Positions 45,935 through 55,981 of a stretch of 64,000 nt of DNA are shown here, in pieces. This DNA comes from Verrucomicrobiales bacterium (GTDB lineage: Bacteria; Verrucomicrobiota; Verrucomicrobiia; Verrucomicrobiales; DEV007). How positions within the stretch are numbered: position 1 is the first letter of the stretch; each line of letters starts with the position of its first letter. Under the pieces are notes generated by a model. That model was not told the DNA's origin. It worked only from the letters and a program-made list of their open reading frames with translations, and searched no databases. The stretch is taken from contig JBGTBW010000146.1 of assembly GCA_041749135.1 (NCBI GenBank), positions 9,573 through 73,572 of the forward strand. Reading direction: 5' to 3'. Made by a program: the position numbers and the translations under genes.

Positions 45935-47005
45935 ATGAATTCTCGCACGCTCCTCACTGCTGCAGGGCTCCTCTGCTTCGCCCCACTTTCCCTTCCCGCT
46001 GACGATTCCGTCTTTTCCGGCCCGCAACCCGGCGAAAAAACCACTCCCTTCCAAGTCCTCGACCTGACCGGAGACGACCCGGGCCTGACCCGAGACCCCG
46101 TGGCGGAATCCTCCGGAGCCGCGGCCGTCCTCGTCTTTGTGCACGGCATCGAGCGCTCTCTGGTTCCGCTATTGCGCGTCGTGGACGAGTACGGGGCGCT
46201 GCGCAGGGACCGCCTTGCAACGGAGATGATCTTTCTCTCGCCCGACCGCCTCGAAGGCGAGCGCCGTGTCCGTGCTGCAGCCGGTTCCTTGAAACTGCAA
46301 TCCCGCGTCGGCCTGTCCCTGGATGGAGCGGAAGGTCCGGGTAACTACGGTCTCAACAAGGATTGCCTCATCACTATCATCGCGGCCAAGGACAACACGG
46401 TGACGGCGAATTTCGCACTCGTGCAGCCCGGGATCGCCGATGCACTGGCTGTCATCGAGGCCCTGGCCAAGCTCTCCGGGGACGATGCGCCGCCCTCCAT
46501 CGAAGAGCTGAACGGCCTCCATTCTGCCCGCACCGGAGCCGGCGGAAGCCGGGCCCCAGCAGAGATGCGCCCCAGAGACGCCCGCAGCAGTGCATCGCCT
46601 CCCTCCGTGGATTGGGATGCCTTCGATCTCGATTCCGACGCGGGCCTCCGCGACGCCGTCCGGGCTCTCATCGGCGAAATGAAAGAGCTTCAGAATGAAC
46701 TTGCCGCCAGGCGCAGCGATACACCCTCGACCGGTCAGGCGCGGGAAGATTTTCCGGGCGCAGTCCCCACCGACGCCGCCCTGCAGGGATTGCTTCGCCG
46801 TTTCATTCAGCCGGCCAACGGCGACGAGGCCGTTGACGCCCTCCTCCAGGAGGTGCGTGAACACATTGGCGACGACCCCGGATTGCGCCGCCAGGCCATC
46901 GACGGCTGGACCCGCATCCTCCATTTCGGCGATCGCTATGGCACAGCCTATGCCCGGCAAACCGGCCGCGCTTTCCTGGCGGAACTCCAAGAAGAGGCTC
47001 CGTGA
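45935..47005 (+). CDS. Hypothetical secreted protein (356 aa), first gene of the PSD1/DUF1501 operon
   Basis: Signal peptide MNSRTLLTAAGLLCFAPLSLPA. Its stop overlaps the GTG start of the next gene (GTGA at 47002-47005). Confidence 0.55.
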   Translation: MNSRTLLTAAGLLCFAPLSLPADDSVFSGPQPGEKTTPFQVLDLTGDDPGLTRDPVAESSGAAAVLVFVHGIERSLVPLLRVVDEYGALRRDRLATEMIFLSPDRLEGERRVRAAAGSLKLQSRVGLSLDGAEGPGNYGLNKDCLITIIAAKDNTVTANFALVQPGIADALAVIEALAKLSGDDAPPSIEELNGLHSARTGAGGSRAPAEMRPRDARSSASPPSVDWDAFDLDSDAGLRDAVRALIGEMKELQNELAARRSDTPSTGQAREDFPGAVPTDAALQGLLRRFIQPANGDEAVDALLQEVREHIGDDPGLRRQAIDGWTRILHFGDRYGTAYARQTGRAFLAELQEEAP

Positions 47006-49116
47006 TCACCCGGATCATCCTCACCGTTGCGACGGCGTGGGCCTCCGCTCTCGCCGGCGCGGCCGATCCGCCGCCGTTCCGCACCGCCATCTTGCCCGTG
47101 CTCACCAAGGCCGGATGCAACGCCGGAGCGTGTCACGGAGCCGCCACCGGTCAGGGCGGATTCCAACTCAGTTTGCTGGGTTACGATCCGGTGGAAGACT
47201 ACGATCGCATCACCCGGGAATTCGGCGGCCGGCGCATCGATCCCGACCGCCCGGACGACAGCCTGCTCCTCCGCAAGCCTTCCTACCAGCTCGATCACGA
47301 AGGCGGTCGAAAACTCCCGCGCGATTCCAGCGGTTACGCTCTCCTGCTCCGCTGGATCGCCAGCGACGCGCCCTACGGACCCGACGACCTTCATGTGACC
47401 GCGATCGAGGTCGATCCCCAGGACAGTTTGATCGAAAACACGGGCGACTCCGTGCAGCTCCGCGTCATCGCCTCTCTTTCCAATGGCTCCCGGGAAGTTG
47501 TCACTCCGCTCGCTCTCTACACCTCCAACGACGACGCCGTCGCCGACGTCTCGGGCTCAGGAGCCGTCGCCGCTGTCGGCCGAGGCCTAACCAGCATCAT
47601 GGTCCGCTACTCCGGCCAAGTCGCCGCCGCACGCATTGCCGTCCCCTTGGGCGGCCCGGACCAAACAGTTGTCCTAACACCGGCGGCTAATTTCATCGAT
47701 GAGCACATAGGCTCGGAATTGCAGCGTCTCCGCGTTCCGCCGTCCCCGGCGAGCGGCGATGCGGAATTCCTCCGGCGTGTTCATCTGGACCTCGCCGGAC
47801 TCCCGCCCACCAGCGAAGCGGCGCGGACTTTCCTGGCCGAACCGCCGTCCCCAGACAAGCGTCTGCGCGTTATCGAAACGCTGCTGGCCGGCGAGGCTTT
47901 CGTAGATTTCTGGACCATGAAACTCGCCGATCTGCTCCTGCTCAAGGGCAGCGGCAAGGAGGCCGCCGTCTATCACCGGTGGCTGTGGGATCAGGTGGCC
48001 ATGAATGCCCCCCTCGATCGGGTCGCCAGCGCCCTGCTCACTTCCACCGGCGACTTGACCAGCGCCGGCCCGGCCAATTTCCTAACGCTCGCCAGCGATC
48101 CGCGCGATCTCGCCGAGCACGTCAGCCGGATCTTCCTCGGCGCCCAGTTGGCCTGTGCCCGGTGCCATTCCCACCCCTCGGATCGCTGGACCCAGGAGGA
48201 TTACCATCGTTTCGCCGCTTATTTTGCCCGCATCACCCAGGAAGGAGGATCCATCTCCATCTCCCCCCGGGGCGAAGTCGATCATCCCAAGACCGGAAAA
48301 CCCCTGGCCCCCAAACCTCTCGGCTCTCCCGCCTCCCCAAACCCCGATGATGAATCCCGCCTTGCCGAACTGTCCCAATGGCTCACCTCGCCCGACAATC
48401 CCTTCTTCGCTCGCGCCTTCGTCAATCGGGTCTGGAAACACTTGCTCGGCCGCGGGCTGGTCGAGCCGCCCGACGACCTCCGCCCCACCAATCCGCCGAC
48501 TCACCCCGCCCTGCTCGACGCCCTCGCCGCAGATTACGTCGCACAGGGCTTCGATCTCCGGCATCTCGTCCGCACCATCGTTTCCTCGCATACCTATCAG
48601 CGCACTTCCCAAACCTTGGAGGACAACCGGGCCGATACGCGCTTGTATTCGCATGCCGGTCTGAAAGCGCTTCCCGCTCCGGTCTTCGCCGACGCGGTGG
48701 CGCAAGTCACGGGCGTTCCTGATGTCTTCGAGGGCTACCCCCCCGGAGCGCGGGCGGTCCAGCTCGTGAGTCCAGCCGTGCCCTCGCCCGCCCTCGATGT
48801 CCTTGGCCGGTGCCTGCGAACCGGCCCCTGTGATGGACCAGCCCAGTTGGGGGGCGGTCTCGCCAAAGCGCTGCACCTCATCAACGGCCCTACCATCAAC
48901 GCCAAACTCCGCGACGGCGCGGCCCGCGCACTGCAAGGCCGCTCCAGCCGCCAAGCCGTCGAGGAACTCTACCTCCGCGCTTTCACCCGGCCCCCCGAAC
49001 CCGCCGAACTTGCCGAATGGAGCGCGTGGCTCGACCAGTCCCCCGATCGGAACGCCGCCCTCGAAGACTTGCTCTGGACCCTGCTCAACTCCCGCGAGTT
49101 CGCTTTCAACCGCTGA
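47002..49116 (+). CDS. PSD1 (planctomycete cytochrome-c-like) / Big_2 / DUF1549 / DUF1553 protein
   Basis: N-terminal CNAGACHGAATGQGGFQLSL (PSD1 CxxCH-like). DUF1553-like ...ARCHSHPSDRWTQEDYHRFAAYF. Paired with a DUF1501 gene, as is typical. Confidence 0.8.
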   Translation: MITRIILTVATAWASALAGAADPPPFRTAILPVLTKAGCNAGACHGAATGQGGFQLSLLGYDPVEDYDRITREFGGRRIDPDRPDDSLLLRKPSYQLDHEGGRKLPRDSSGYALLLRWIASDAPYGPDDLHVTAIEVDPQDSLIENTGDSVQLRVIASLSNGSREVVTPLALYTSNDDAVADVSGSGAVAAVGRGLTSIMVRYSGQVAAARIAVPLGGPDQTVVLTPAANFIDEHIGSELQRLRVPPSPASGDAEFLRRVHLDLAGLPPTSEAARTFLAEPPSPDKRLRVIETLLAGEAFVDFWTMKLADLLLLKGSGKEAAVYHRWLWDQVAMNAPLDRVASALLTSTGDLTSAGPANFLTLASDPRDLAEHVSRIFLGAQLACARCHSHPSDRWTQEDYHRFAAYFARITQEGGSISISPRGEVDHPKTGKPLAPKPLGSPASPNPDDESRLAELSQWLTSPDNPFFARAFVNRVWKHLLGRGLVEPPDDLRPTNPPTHPALLDALAADYVAQGFDLRHLVRTIVSSHTYQRTSQTLEDNRADTRLYSHAGLKALPAPVFADAVAQVTGVPDVFEGYPPGARAVQLVSPAVPSPALDVLGRCLRTGPCDGPAQLGGGLAKALHLINGPTINAKLRDGAARALQGRSSRQAVEELYLRAFTRPPEPAELAEWSAWLDQSPDRNAALEDLLWTLLNSREFAFNR

Positions 49117-49119
49117 CCC

Positions 49120-50457
49120 ATGCCAACTTCCCCCACTTTTACCAAGCAGCGCTGTGATGGCGTGGTCCGCCGCGACTTCCTCCACCTCGGCCTGCTCACC
49201 ACCTTCGGACTCAGCCTAACGGATTTATTCCGCTTGCAGGCCCGCGCGGCGGACGCCTCCCAGCAGTCCGCCAAAGCGAAGTCCTGCATCCTGATCTGGC
49301 TCGACGGCGGTCCCAGTCACCTCGACATGTTCGACCTCAAGCCCGGCGCGCCCTCCGAGCTGCGCAGCCAGTTCCAACCCATCCCCACCAGCGTCGCCGG
49401 CTTGCACATCAGCGAACACCTCCCGCGCACCGCCACAGTCATGCGCCACGTAGCCCTCATTCGCTCCCTCACCCATGAATTGGGCAACCACGACACCGGA
49501 ACCCGCTTCCTGCTCACGGGCCACCGGCCCGGCCCCGCCTTGGATTATCCCAGCCTCGGAAGTCTCGTAGCGCATTCCCAGGGTTTCCGGGAAGCCATGC
49601 CTCCCTATATCGCCGTCCCCAACGATGGTGTAGGTGGGAATTCCAACGCCGCCCGTTCGGGCTATCTGCCCGGGGCGTTCTCCGCATTCAACGTGGGCAA
49701 CGATCCTTCCAATGTCGATGGACTTCAGCCGCCCGATGGCCTCAGTTTCGCCCGAAACGAAAACCGGCGCGAAATGCTCCGCCGCATGGACGCCTTCAAC
49801 CAGCACATCGAAGAAGGCCCGGCCACTCGCGACCGCGACGCCTTTTACCAGCAAGCCTACCGTCTGCTCGCCTCACCCGAAGCCAAGTCTGCTTTCGATC
49901 TCTCCCGGGAGGCCCCGAAGACCCGGGAACGCTACGGCCCTGCTCGCGTCGGCAGTGGCTGCCTCCTGGCCCGCCGCTTGATCGAGGGCGGGGCTCGCTT
50001 CGTAACCGTCGTGGACACGGGTTGGGACATGCACCAGCAAATCTTCAAGGAACTGCCCGACTCGCGCTTTCCCGGCAGCGGCAAACTGCCCGCGCTCGAT
50101 CGCGCCTATTCCGCTCTCCTAACCGACCTCCACGAACGGGGCCTCCTGGAGTCCACCCTCGTCGTGCTCATGGGTGAGTTCGGACGCACCCCCAAGCTGA
50201 ATGCCGCCGGCGGACGCGATCACTGGCCCCGGGCTGGCTCCGTATGTCTCGCCGGCGGCGGCATCCAGGGAGGACAAGTGATCGGAGCCACCAACCGCTT
50301 CGGAGAGTTCCCCGTCGAACGTCCCGTCGCCCCTCCCGACCTGGCCTGGACCATCCTTCAGCTCCTCGGCGTGGATCCCAGTCAGGAGCTAACCACTCCC
50401 ACTGGACGCCCTGTCAAGATTTTGAACGAAGGCGCTCCCATCGCCGAACTTCTGTGA
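49120..50457 (+). CDS. DUF1501-family (sulfatase-like) protein with a Tat signal
   Basis: RRDFLHLGLLTTFGL (twin-arginine). ...ILIWLDGGPSHLDMFDLKP..., the canonical DUF1501 N-terminus. Confidence 0.8.
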   Translation: MPTSPTFTKQRCDGVVRRDFLHLGLLTTFGLSLTDLFRLQARAADASQQSAKAKSCILIWLDGGPSHLDMFDLKPGAPSELRSQFQPIPTSVAGLHISEHLPRTATVMRHVALIRSLTHELGNHDTGTRFLLTGHRPGPALDYPSLGSLVAHSQGFREAMPPYIAVPNDGVGGNSNAARSGYLPGAFSAFNVGNDPSNVDGLQPPDGLSFARNENRREMLRRMDAFNQHIEEGPATRDRDAFYQQAYRLLASPEAKSAFDLSREAPKTRERYGPARVGSGCLLARRLIEGGARFVTVVDTGWDMHQQIFKELPDSRFPGSGKLPALDRAYSALLTDLHERGLLESTLVVLMGEFGRTPKLNAAGGRDHWPRAGSVCLAGGGIQGGQVIGATNRFGEFPVERPVAPPDLAWTILQLLGVDPSQELTTPTGRPVKILNEGAPIAELL

Positions 50458-50473
50458 GGCCATCCAAAAACGC

Positions 50474-51481
50474 GTGAAGCTCAACTTGTTTCTCCGCTGG
50501 ATGGCGCTCATGGCCGCTGGCCTGATCCTGGTCCCCTGCCTCTCCGCTGCTCCCGTTGTTGCCCTGGCATTTTCACCAGATGGCTCGACTCTCATTTCCA
50601 ACGGCGACCGGAGCCTCGACCTCCGTTCTCCCAAAGACGCCGCCCTCCAGCATCACATCGCCTGTGACCTGCCCAAGATCACTTCCCTGGCCTTCGCGCC
50701 CCATGGAAAACTGCTTGCCGCGGGCGGCGGCGATCCCGGCGTCAACGGCGAAGTCCTCCTCTACGCCTGGCCCGAAGGGAAGCTCTTGCAGCGCTTCGGC
50801 GACCACAAGGACCTCGTCACTGGGCTGGATTTCGACTCCGGCGGCACGCGCCTTGGCGTTGCATCGAGCGACGGCCAAGCCTCCCTCTGGAGTTGCGACG
50901 CCGAGACCGGACCCAGGCCTCTCCTCACCTTGACCGCTCACGCCGGTCCCCTGCTTGCCATCGCCTTCAGCTCCTCGGGCGAGATTCTCGTCACCGCCGG
51001 AGCCGATCGCTCCCTCAAGGTCTGGGACGCGCAGGACGGCGCTCTCCGGCGCTCCTTCGATCACCACACCCAAGCCATCCACACCCTGGCCTTCCAGCCG
51101 GCCCCCGATGCCGATGACCCCGGACCACTCGTCTGCGCCACCGCAGGCGACGATCGCACCGTGCGCCTCTGGCAACCCGAAACCGGACGAATGCTCCGCA
51201 TCGTGCGTCGCCACGAAGGCCCGGTTTTCGCGCTGGCCTGGGCGGCCGGCGGAGCCTCCCTTTTCTCCGCCGGACAAGAAGGCGTCATCCGCCGCATCGA
51301 CGGAGCCAGCGACCTCATTCAGGCCCAGTGGCAAGCCCACGACGACTGGATCTACGCCCTTGCCCTCAGCCCTGACGGAACCACTCTTGCCTCCGGCGAC
51401 TGGTCCGGTCGCGTCCGGTTGCACGACATCCGCGCAACCCCACCAGAAACTCCGTCTCCTCAACAGGCCTGCCGCCCTTGA
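50474..51481 (+). CDS. Secreted WD40-repeat (beta-propeller) protein
   Basis: Signal peptide, then ~7 WD-like repeats (LAFSPDGSTLIS, LAFAPHGKLLAAGG, ...SLKVWD, ...TVRLWQ). Confidence 0.7.
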   Translation: MKLNLFLRWMALMAAGLILVPCLSAAPVVALAFSPDGSTLISNGDRSLDLRSPKDAALQHHIACDLPKITSLAFAPHGKLLAAGGGDPGVNGEVLLYAWPEGKLLQRFGDHKDLVTGLDFDSGGTRLGVASSDGQASLWSCDAETGPRPLLTLTAHAGPLLAIAFSSSGEILVTAGADRSLKVWDAQDGALRRSFDHHTQAIHTLAFQPAPDADDPGPLVCATAGDDRTVRLWQPETGRMLRIVRRHEGPVFALAWAAGGASLFSAGQEGVIRRIDGASDLIQAQWQAHDDWIYALALSPDGTTLASGDWSGRVRLHDIRATPPETPSPQQACRP

Positions 51482-51564
51482 CCCGCAGCCCGCGTTTTCT
51501 CAGACGTTTAGCCACGCAGAAGCTCTTTGGGAAGCCCTCAGAGCAAAACGGACGCCGCTGCGCG

Positions 51565-53187
51565 TCAATCGAGAAGCCGCAAGCGGTAGAACCGCTGCTG
51601 AACCACCGGCGAATCATGCGCGGTCGCCATGGCGCCCGCCCCGTTCACCTCGGGACCGAGCGGCAACCAGTCCCCCTCTGCCAAAACATCCAAGTATTCC
51701 GGTTGGTAGCGCTGCCCGGCGCTGGCGTCCCATTGCAGCGTCACCGTGTCGCCGGCGACGCTCAATTCAAGACTGAGAAGCGGCACAAACACGTTTGCAA
51801 AGATGTAATCCGCCACCTGCCGGCCTTGGGCGATTCCCTCCGTCTTATCGAAGGACCAATGGATGCCGAGGTAGATCCGGCTCTGGCCGTTTTCCTCCTC
51901 CGCCTGAGAAAGTGTTGAAAAGCTGCGCGGAATGAGCGGCCGCGTGTTGCCCTCACGGTCCAGCGTGATGCCGTTGTACTCGTCTGACACAAACGTGAAT
52001 GCGATGTCGTCGGTCCTGTAGAAGTTGCGCAGGGTCTGAAAGAGGGCGCCGCCGAATCCGGCGTGGCCTGAAGGGTAGGCGGGGAAAGGAGGCGTGAAGT
52101 TTGGGCTGGAGAGATTGCTGGCCGGCGCGCCCAACGGAGAAAACACCGGGTCGCCCTCTGTAGCCTCGTTGCCGTCGCCGGCCCCGGTTGGTCCGAAGCC
52201 CGGATCGGATTCCCGGATGCCGGTGACCGGTCTCCAGTAATCGTAGAAGTACTTGGATTCCCAAATCGCGATGCCGGAATCGGCCATCGCCACATTCACC
52301 AGAGCCAGAAGCCGCGCCAATCCGATGCCTTCCGTTCCCATTTGTGCGGCGATGTGGACGGCGATCTGATTGTAAAGCCGCGGCGGAGCGCACAGGCTGG
52401 GAGTTCCGTCGTAGGCCCAGTAGTTGCCGATTGCGGTTTGCTCCGGCAATCGCTCCGTGGGTGTCCCAAAACCGTCGCCGCCCAGGCGTTTTGCCTCGTC
52501 ATAGGCGGCCGCGTATTCGGCGCTGGTTAAGGCAGGCGGCGGCGGGACCCGAAACTGGGAAGAGGATTCCAGGACGAATGGAATGCATTCACCCCAATAG
52601 GCGCCCAGGGCGATCGGGATCAGACTAATGGGATCCTGACGCCAGCGGCCCGGTTGATCGCTCACCACATGCTCGATGGCCATCAGAGGTTCGGACTTAG
52701 CGGAACCGTCGTTGGATTTGAGGGTGAGAATCGCCGCGGCGGCCTGCTGCCCCAACTCAATCCCATTCGCCTTGGCCGGCTCCTCTGAGATCGTGCCCAG
52801 GTCCTCCTCAAGCCACACGCCAAAGTTCGCTGCTTGAGAGGGGAAGAGCACGATCAACGTGTCGTGGGCCGCCTGGCTGATCGCGGCTTCCAGAGACAGC
52901 AGCCCCGGAGCCGCTTGAATCCCAGTGTAACTCCGGTAGCCGCCTTTCGCCGCGACCATCGTGTCGAACATCGCGATATGGACGATGGCCATGGCCCGGC
53001 TCGACCGGCCGGGTCCAATCTGTTCGCCGAAGACGCGCTCCTCGTCGGGCGCAACAGGCGTGTGATCGAGGCCGCTGGCGTTGATGGCAATCTCATTCCA
53101 GCGGAGCAGCGTGTCAGTGCTGGCGAAAACCGCGCCGGGGAAAATCCCGAGAACCAGACTGACAATCAATATCGAGCAGGTTTTCAT
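51565..53187 (-). CDS. PAP2-superfamily / vanadium-dependent haloperoxidase-like secreted protein with the C-terminal FYR-type tail
   Basis: Signal peptide MKTCSILIVSLVLGIFPGAVFA. PAP2 signature blocks K(YFYDYW)RP, PSGHAGFGG, SRIYLGIHWSFD (KxxxxxxRP / PSGH / SRxxxxxHxxxD). Ends ...VTLQWDASAGQRYQPEYLDVLAEGDWLPLG...QQRFYRLRLLD. Confidence 0.75.
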   Translation of the reverse strand: MKTCSILIVSLVLGIFPGAVFASTDTLLRWNEIAINASGLDHTPVAPDEERVFGEQIGPGRSSRAMAIVHIAMFDTMVAAKGGYRSYTGIQAAPGLLSLEAAISQAAHDTLIVLFPSQAANFGVWLEEDLGTISEEPAKANGIELGQQAAAAILTLKSNDGSAKSEPLMAIEHVVSDQPGRWRQDPISLIPIALGAYWGECIPFVLESSSQFRVPPPPALTSAEYAAAYDEAKRLGGDGFGTPTERLPEQTAIGNYWAYDGTPSLCAPPRLYNQIAVHIAAQMGTEGIGLARLLALVNVAMADSGIAIWESKYFYDYWRPVTGIRESDPGFGPTGAGDGNEATEGDPVFSPLGAPASNLSSPNFTPPFPAYPSGHAGFGGALFQTLRNFYRTDDIAFTFVSDEYNGITLDREGNTRPLIPRSFSTLSQAEEENGQSRIYLGIHWSFDKTEGIAQGRQVADYIFANVFVPLLSLELSVAGDTVTLQWDASAGQRYQPEYLDVLAEGDWLPLGPEVNGAGAMATAHDSPVVQQRFYRLRLLD

Positions 53188-53599
53188 GCGAGTTTCATTT
53201 CTGAATGAGGCCTTGAAAGCGCCATCGAACTTGCCTCCGTCGCAACATGACTCTCACGCTCTCTGCACAGGTTCGGTTTTCGCCCCAGCCAGCCCAGCGG
53301 CTCTCCTCGGGACTGCGACGCGAATCGCGCGTATCGTTCTTCCCGGGACCGCGCGCGACGTATTCATGAACTCCCAGCTTTGTCGCAGCATTGCGGCGTC
53401 AATTAAAGAAGATTTCTTCTAAACAGCCATCGGTAGCTTGCCGAACAGACGCTGGAATGGACGAATCTCAGGGTGCACGCCGAGCGGCTTCTCGAGTCGG
53501 CCAGAAAGCATGTGGCCGTGAATCCGGCGCGGGTGGCGATGAGGACGGCGGGATACGTGAACCGCCGTTCGCGATGAAATGCCGGTTTCCCCAATCCAG

Positions 53600-54259
53600 T
53601 CACAGATCCTCTGAATCCCGCTTTGCCAGCACCCGGACCAATTCCAGTCCCTCGCGCCCGGGATAAGCGGAGGACGGGACCCACTCGGCGGACTTGATGA
53701 ATGCGGGTTGAAAATGGACGTCGAGTTCAGCAGCGCTTGCGCCGTGGGGAGGGCCGTCGCCGGGCCGGTGTTCGTCGTCGTAAGGGTCGAGGTAAAAAAT
53801 CGCCCAAAGCTGGCCGCCGGGGCTGAGCAGCCGGGCAACGGCCGCGACGTATGCGTCGCGGCGCGCCGGGTCGATGGCGCAGAAACATGTATGTTCCACG
53901 ACCCAGTCGAACGGTCCGGCGCCATCCCCGGGCCAAGTGAAGAGGTTTCCTTCGAGGAAGCGGAGGTTGGGGAGCCGGTAGCGAGAAGCCGCGCTGGCCA
54001 CGGCCAACGGAGCTATGTCGAGCCCGACAACCTCGGCGTCGGGACACCGGTCCGCAATGAGTGCGGCGTCGTGCCCGGAGCCCACGCCGGGGACGAGCAC
54101 CCTGCCCTCGAACCGGTTGACCGCCAGCCAGTCACGCAGGGGCGGAGCGGCCTCTCCCTTGTCCCAAGGGACATTGCCCTCGGCATAGCGTTCGTTCCAA
54201 TCAACGTGAGCTGAAATCGGATCCACTGCCTGGAAGGATACCGTATTCCTAGACTGCAC
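53600..54259 (-). CDS. SAM-dependent methyltransferase (thiopurine S-methyltransferase-like)
   Basis: Motif I VLVPGVGSGHDAALIA. TPMT-like W..RY...NVPWD N-terminus. Start uncertain: GTG at 54259 proposed; the open frame extends to 54460. Confidence 0.6.
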   Translation of the reverse strand: MQSRNTVSFQAVDPISAHVDWNERYAEGNVPWDKGEAAPPLRDWLAVNRFEGRVLVPGVGSGHDAALIADRCPDAEVVGLDIAPLAVASAASRYRLPNLRFLEGNLFTWPGDGAGPFDWVVEHTCFCAIDPARRDAYVAAVARLLSPGGQLWAIFYLDPYDDEHRPGDGPPHGASAAELDVHFQPAFIKSAEWVPSSAYPGREGLELVRVLAKRDSEDL

Positions 54260-54568
54260 TTCATACTTTTCCGTCGCGAGGGGCCGGCGAGCCTCGTGCG
54301 GATCCAGAGCCTCACGCGGCCGCTCATCGCCTCCGCCCACCACGGCGCTCCGCGGCTTGAGAGAGAGCGGCGATACTCGCCCGGAGTCCAAGCGCCTCCG
54401 GCTTGGCTCGGCGTTGCCTCTCAGGGCAGGCGAAAGCCGCCGCCGTGGGACTGCGGCCATCCTTCGCCGCTCTTGAGCCGGATCAAGAGAAACTCACCGG
54501 TGCAGCGGTTCTGGCGCGGCATTGATATGCGCCTGCCGCATGGCCGGATCATTCAGCCTGTTCCGGGA

Positions 54569-54850
54569 TTAACCGCGGCGCGATTCCGAAAAGGCTTCCC
54601 GCCGGTCATCCCGGGGACGGGCCTCGTTGACTGTGAGATTGCGGCCGTTCAAAGCTTGACCGTTGAGCCCGTCGATGGCGGCTTGTCCTTCCTGATTGGC
54701 GGTCATGGTCACAAAGCCAAAGCCGCGTGAGCGTTGGGTCATGCGATCGGTCACGACGACGACTTCCGCAACGCTTCCAAAGCGCTCGAAGGCGTCCCGA
54801 ATGTCTGTTTCGGTGGTCTCAAAGGAGAGATTTCCGACGAAGAGTTTCAT
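54569..54850 (-). CDS. Small RRM-type RNA-binding protein (93 aa)
   Basis: RNP-2 KLFVGNLSF and RNP-1 RGFGFVTM. Confidence 0.85.
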   Translation of the reverse strand: MKLFVGNLSFETTETDIRDAFERFGSVAEVVVVTDRMTQRSRGFGFVTMTANQEGQAAIDGLNGQALNGRNLTVNEARPRDDRREAFSESRRG

Positions 54851-55029
54851 AATAAGGTGGTATGGCGATCAAAAGACTGGCCTGCTAGCGAAAGCGATCC
54901 CGAAAACCGGGTTTCAAACCACCACCGAGACAAAACTCACCTGACGATTTACGACGCGCCGAACAACGAACAATCAGTTCGATCTTAGATATCTTCGGCC
55001 ATTTCGCGAACTTCGCAAGGTCTATTTTC

Positions 55030-55760
55030 TCCCGCCGCCCCGCGGGAATCCCAGGCCAGAATGTAGCAGAAACTGCAAAGCTTCCGATGATTGGGCCACG
55101 GGTCGAGGAGAACGAGGCCTCCCCACGGGGATCCCGGAGGGCGAAAATGTAGCGGCACCTGCAAAGCTTCCGATGATTGGGCCACGGTTCGATGGGACTG
55201 GGCCTCCCCACGGGGATCCCGGAGGGCGAAAATGTAGCGGAAGCTGCAAAGCTTCCGATGATTGGGCCACGGGTCGATGAGAACTGGGCCTCCCCGCGGG
55301 ATCCCTGGCTGCGAGAATGTAGCGGAAGCTGCAAAGCTTCCGATGATTGGGCCACGGGTCGATGAGAACTGGGCCTCCCCACGGGAATCCCGGAGGGCGA
55401 AAATGTAGCGGAAGCTGCAAAGCTTCCGATGATTAGGTCACTGGTCGATGAGAACTGGCCCTCCCCACGGGGATCCCGGAGGGCGAAAATGTAGCGGAAG
55501 CTGCAAAGCTTCCGAGGATTGGGCCACGGTTCGATGAGAACGGGGCCGCGCCGCGGGAATCCCAGGCTGCCAGAATGTAGCGGAAGCTGCAAAGCTTCCG
55601 ATGATTGGGCCACGGGTCGATGAGAACGGGGCCTCCCCGCGGGATCCCTGAGGGCGAAATGTAGCGGAAGCTGCAAAGCTTCCGATGATTGGGCCACGGT
55701 TCGATGAGAACTGGGCCTCCCCGCGGGAATCCCAGGCTGCGAAAATGTAGTCGAGTAGAC
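55030..55760. repeat. Tandem array of about eight direct repeats of an 84-86-nt unit plus a partial ninth, each containing a 7-bp hairpin with a GCAA (GNRA) tetraloop
   Basis: Unit aatgtagcggaagctgcaaagcttccgatgattgggccacgggtcgatgagaactgggcctccccacggggatcccggagggcgaa recurs with the gcaaag anchor at 55075, 55161, 55246, 55331, 55417, 55503, 55589 and 55673. Contains ggaagct-gcaa-agcttcc and a second imperfect GC-rich hairpin (gcctcccc...ggagggc). Confidence 0.85.
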
Positions 55761-55981
55761 CGGGGCCTCCCAGGCCGCATCCTCGAATATCTCCTCCAGG
55801 ACAAGCTTCCGCCGTCCTCCCGCCGAACGCCGCCGTCCCTCCCTCAGCATCGCGCGATATCTCCCAGGTGGCGCTCCTTGGGACTCACCGCTGGAATTCT
55901 GAAACTCCGTTGCTCTTCCTTTTTGGTTGCAATCCCCGGTGGTTCGGCCTAGATCACCGCTCCCGTCGCTCTACGGGCTAA

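Noticed and set aside
55030-55760. Possible CRISPR array
   Set aside because: The whole 85-nt unit repeats with no unique spacer segments, and the repeat is far longer than CRISPR repeats. No cas genes are nearby.
54885-55850. 321-codon minus-strand ORF with repeated SSHRPVAQSSEALQLPLH-like segments
   Set aside because: It lies entirely over the 85-nt tandem repeat array. The unit length is not a multiple of 3, so successive copies are read in different frames. The open frame is a consequence of the repeats lacking stop codons, not evidence of a repeat protein.
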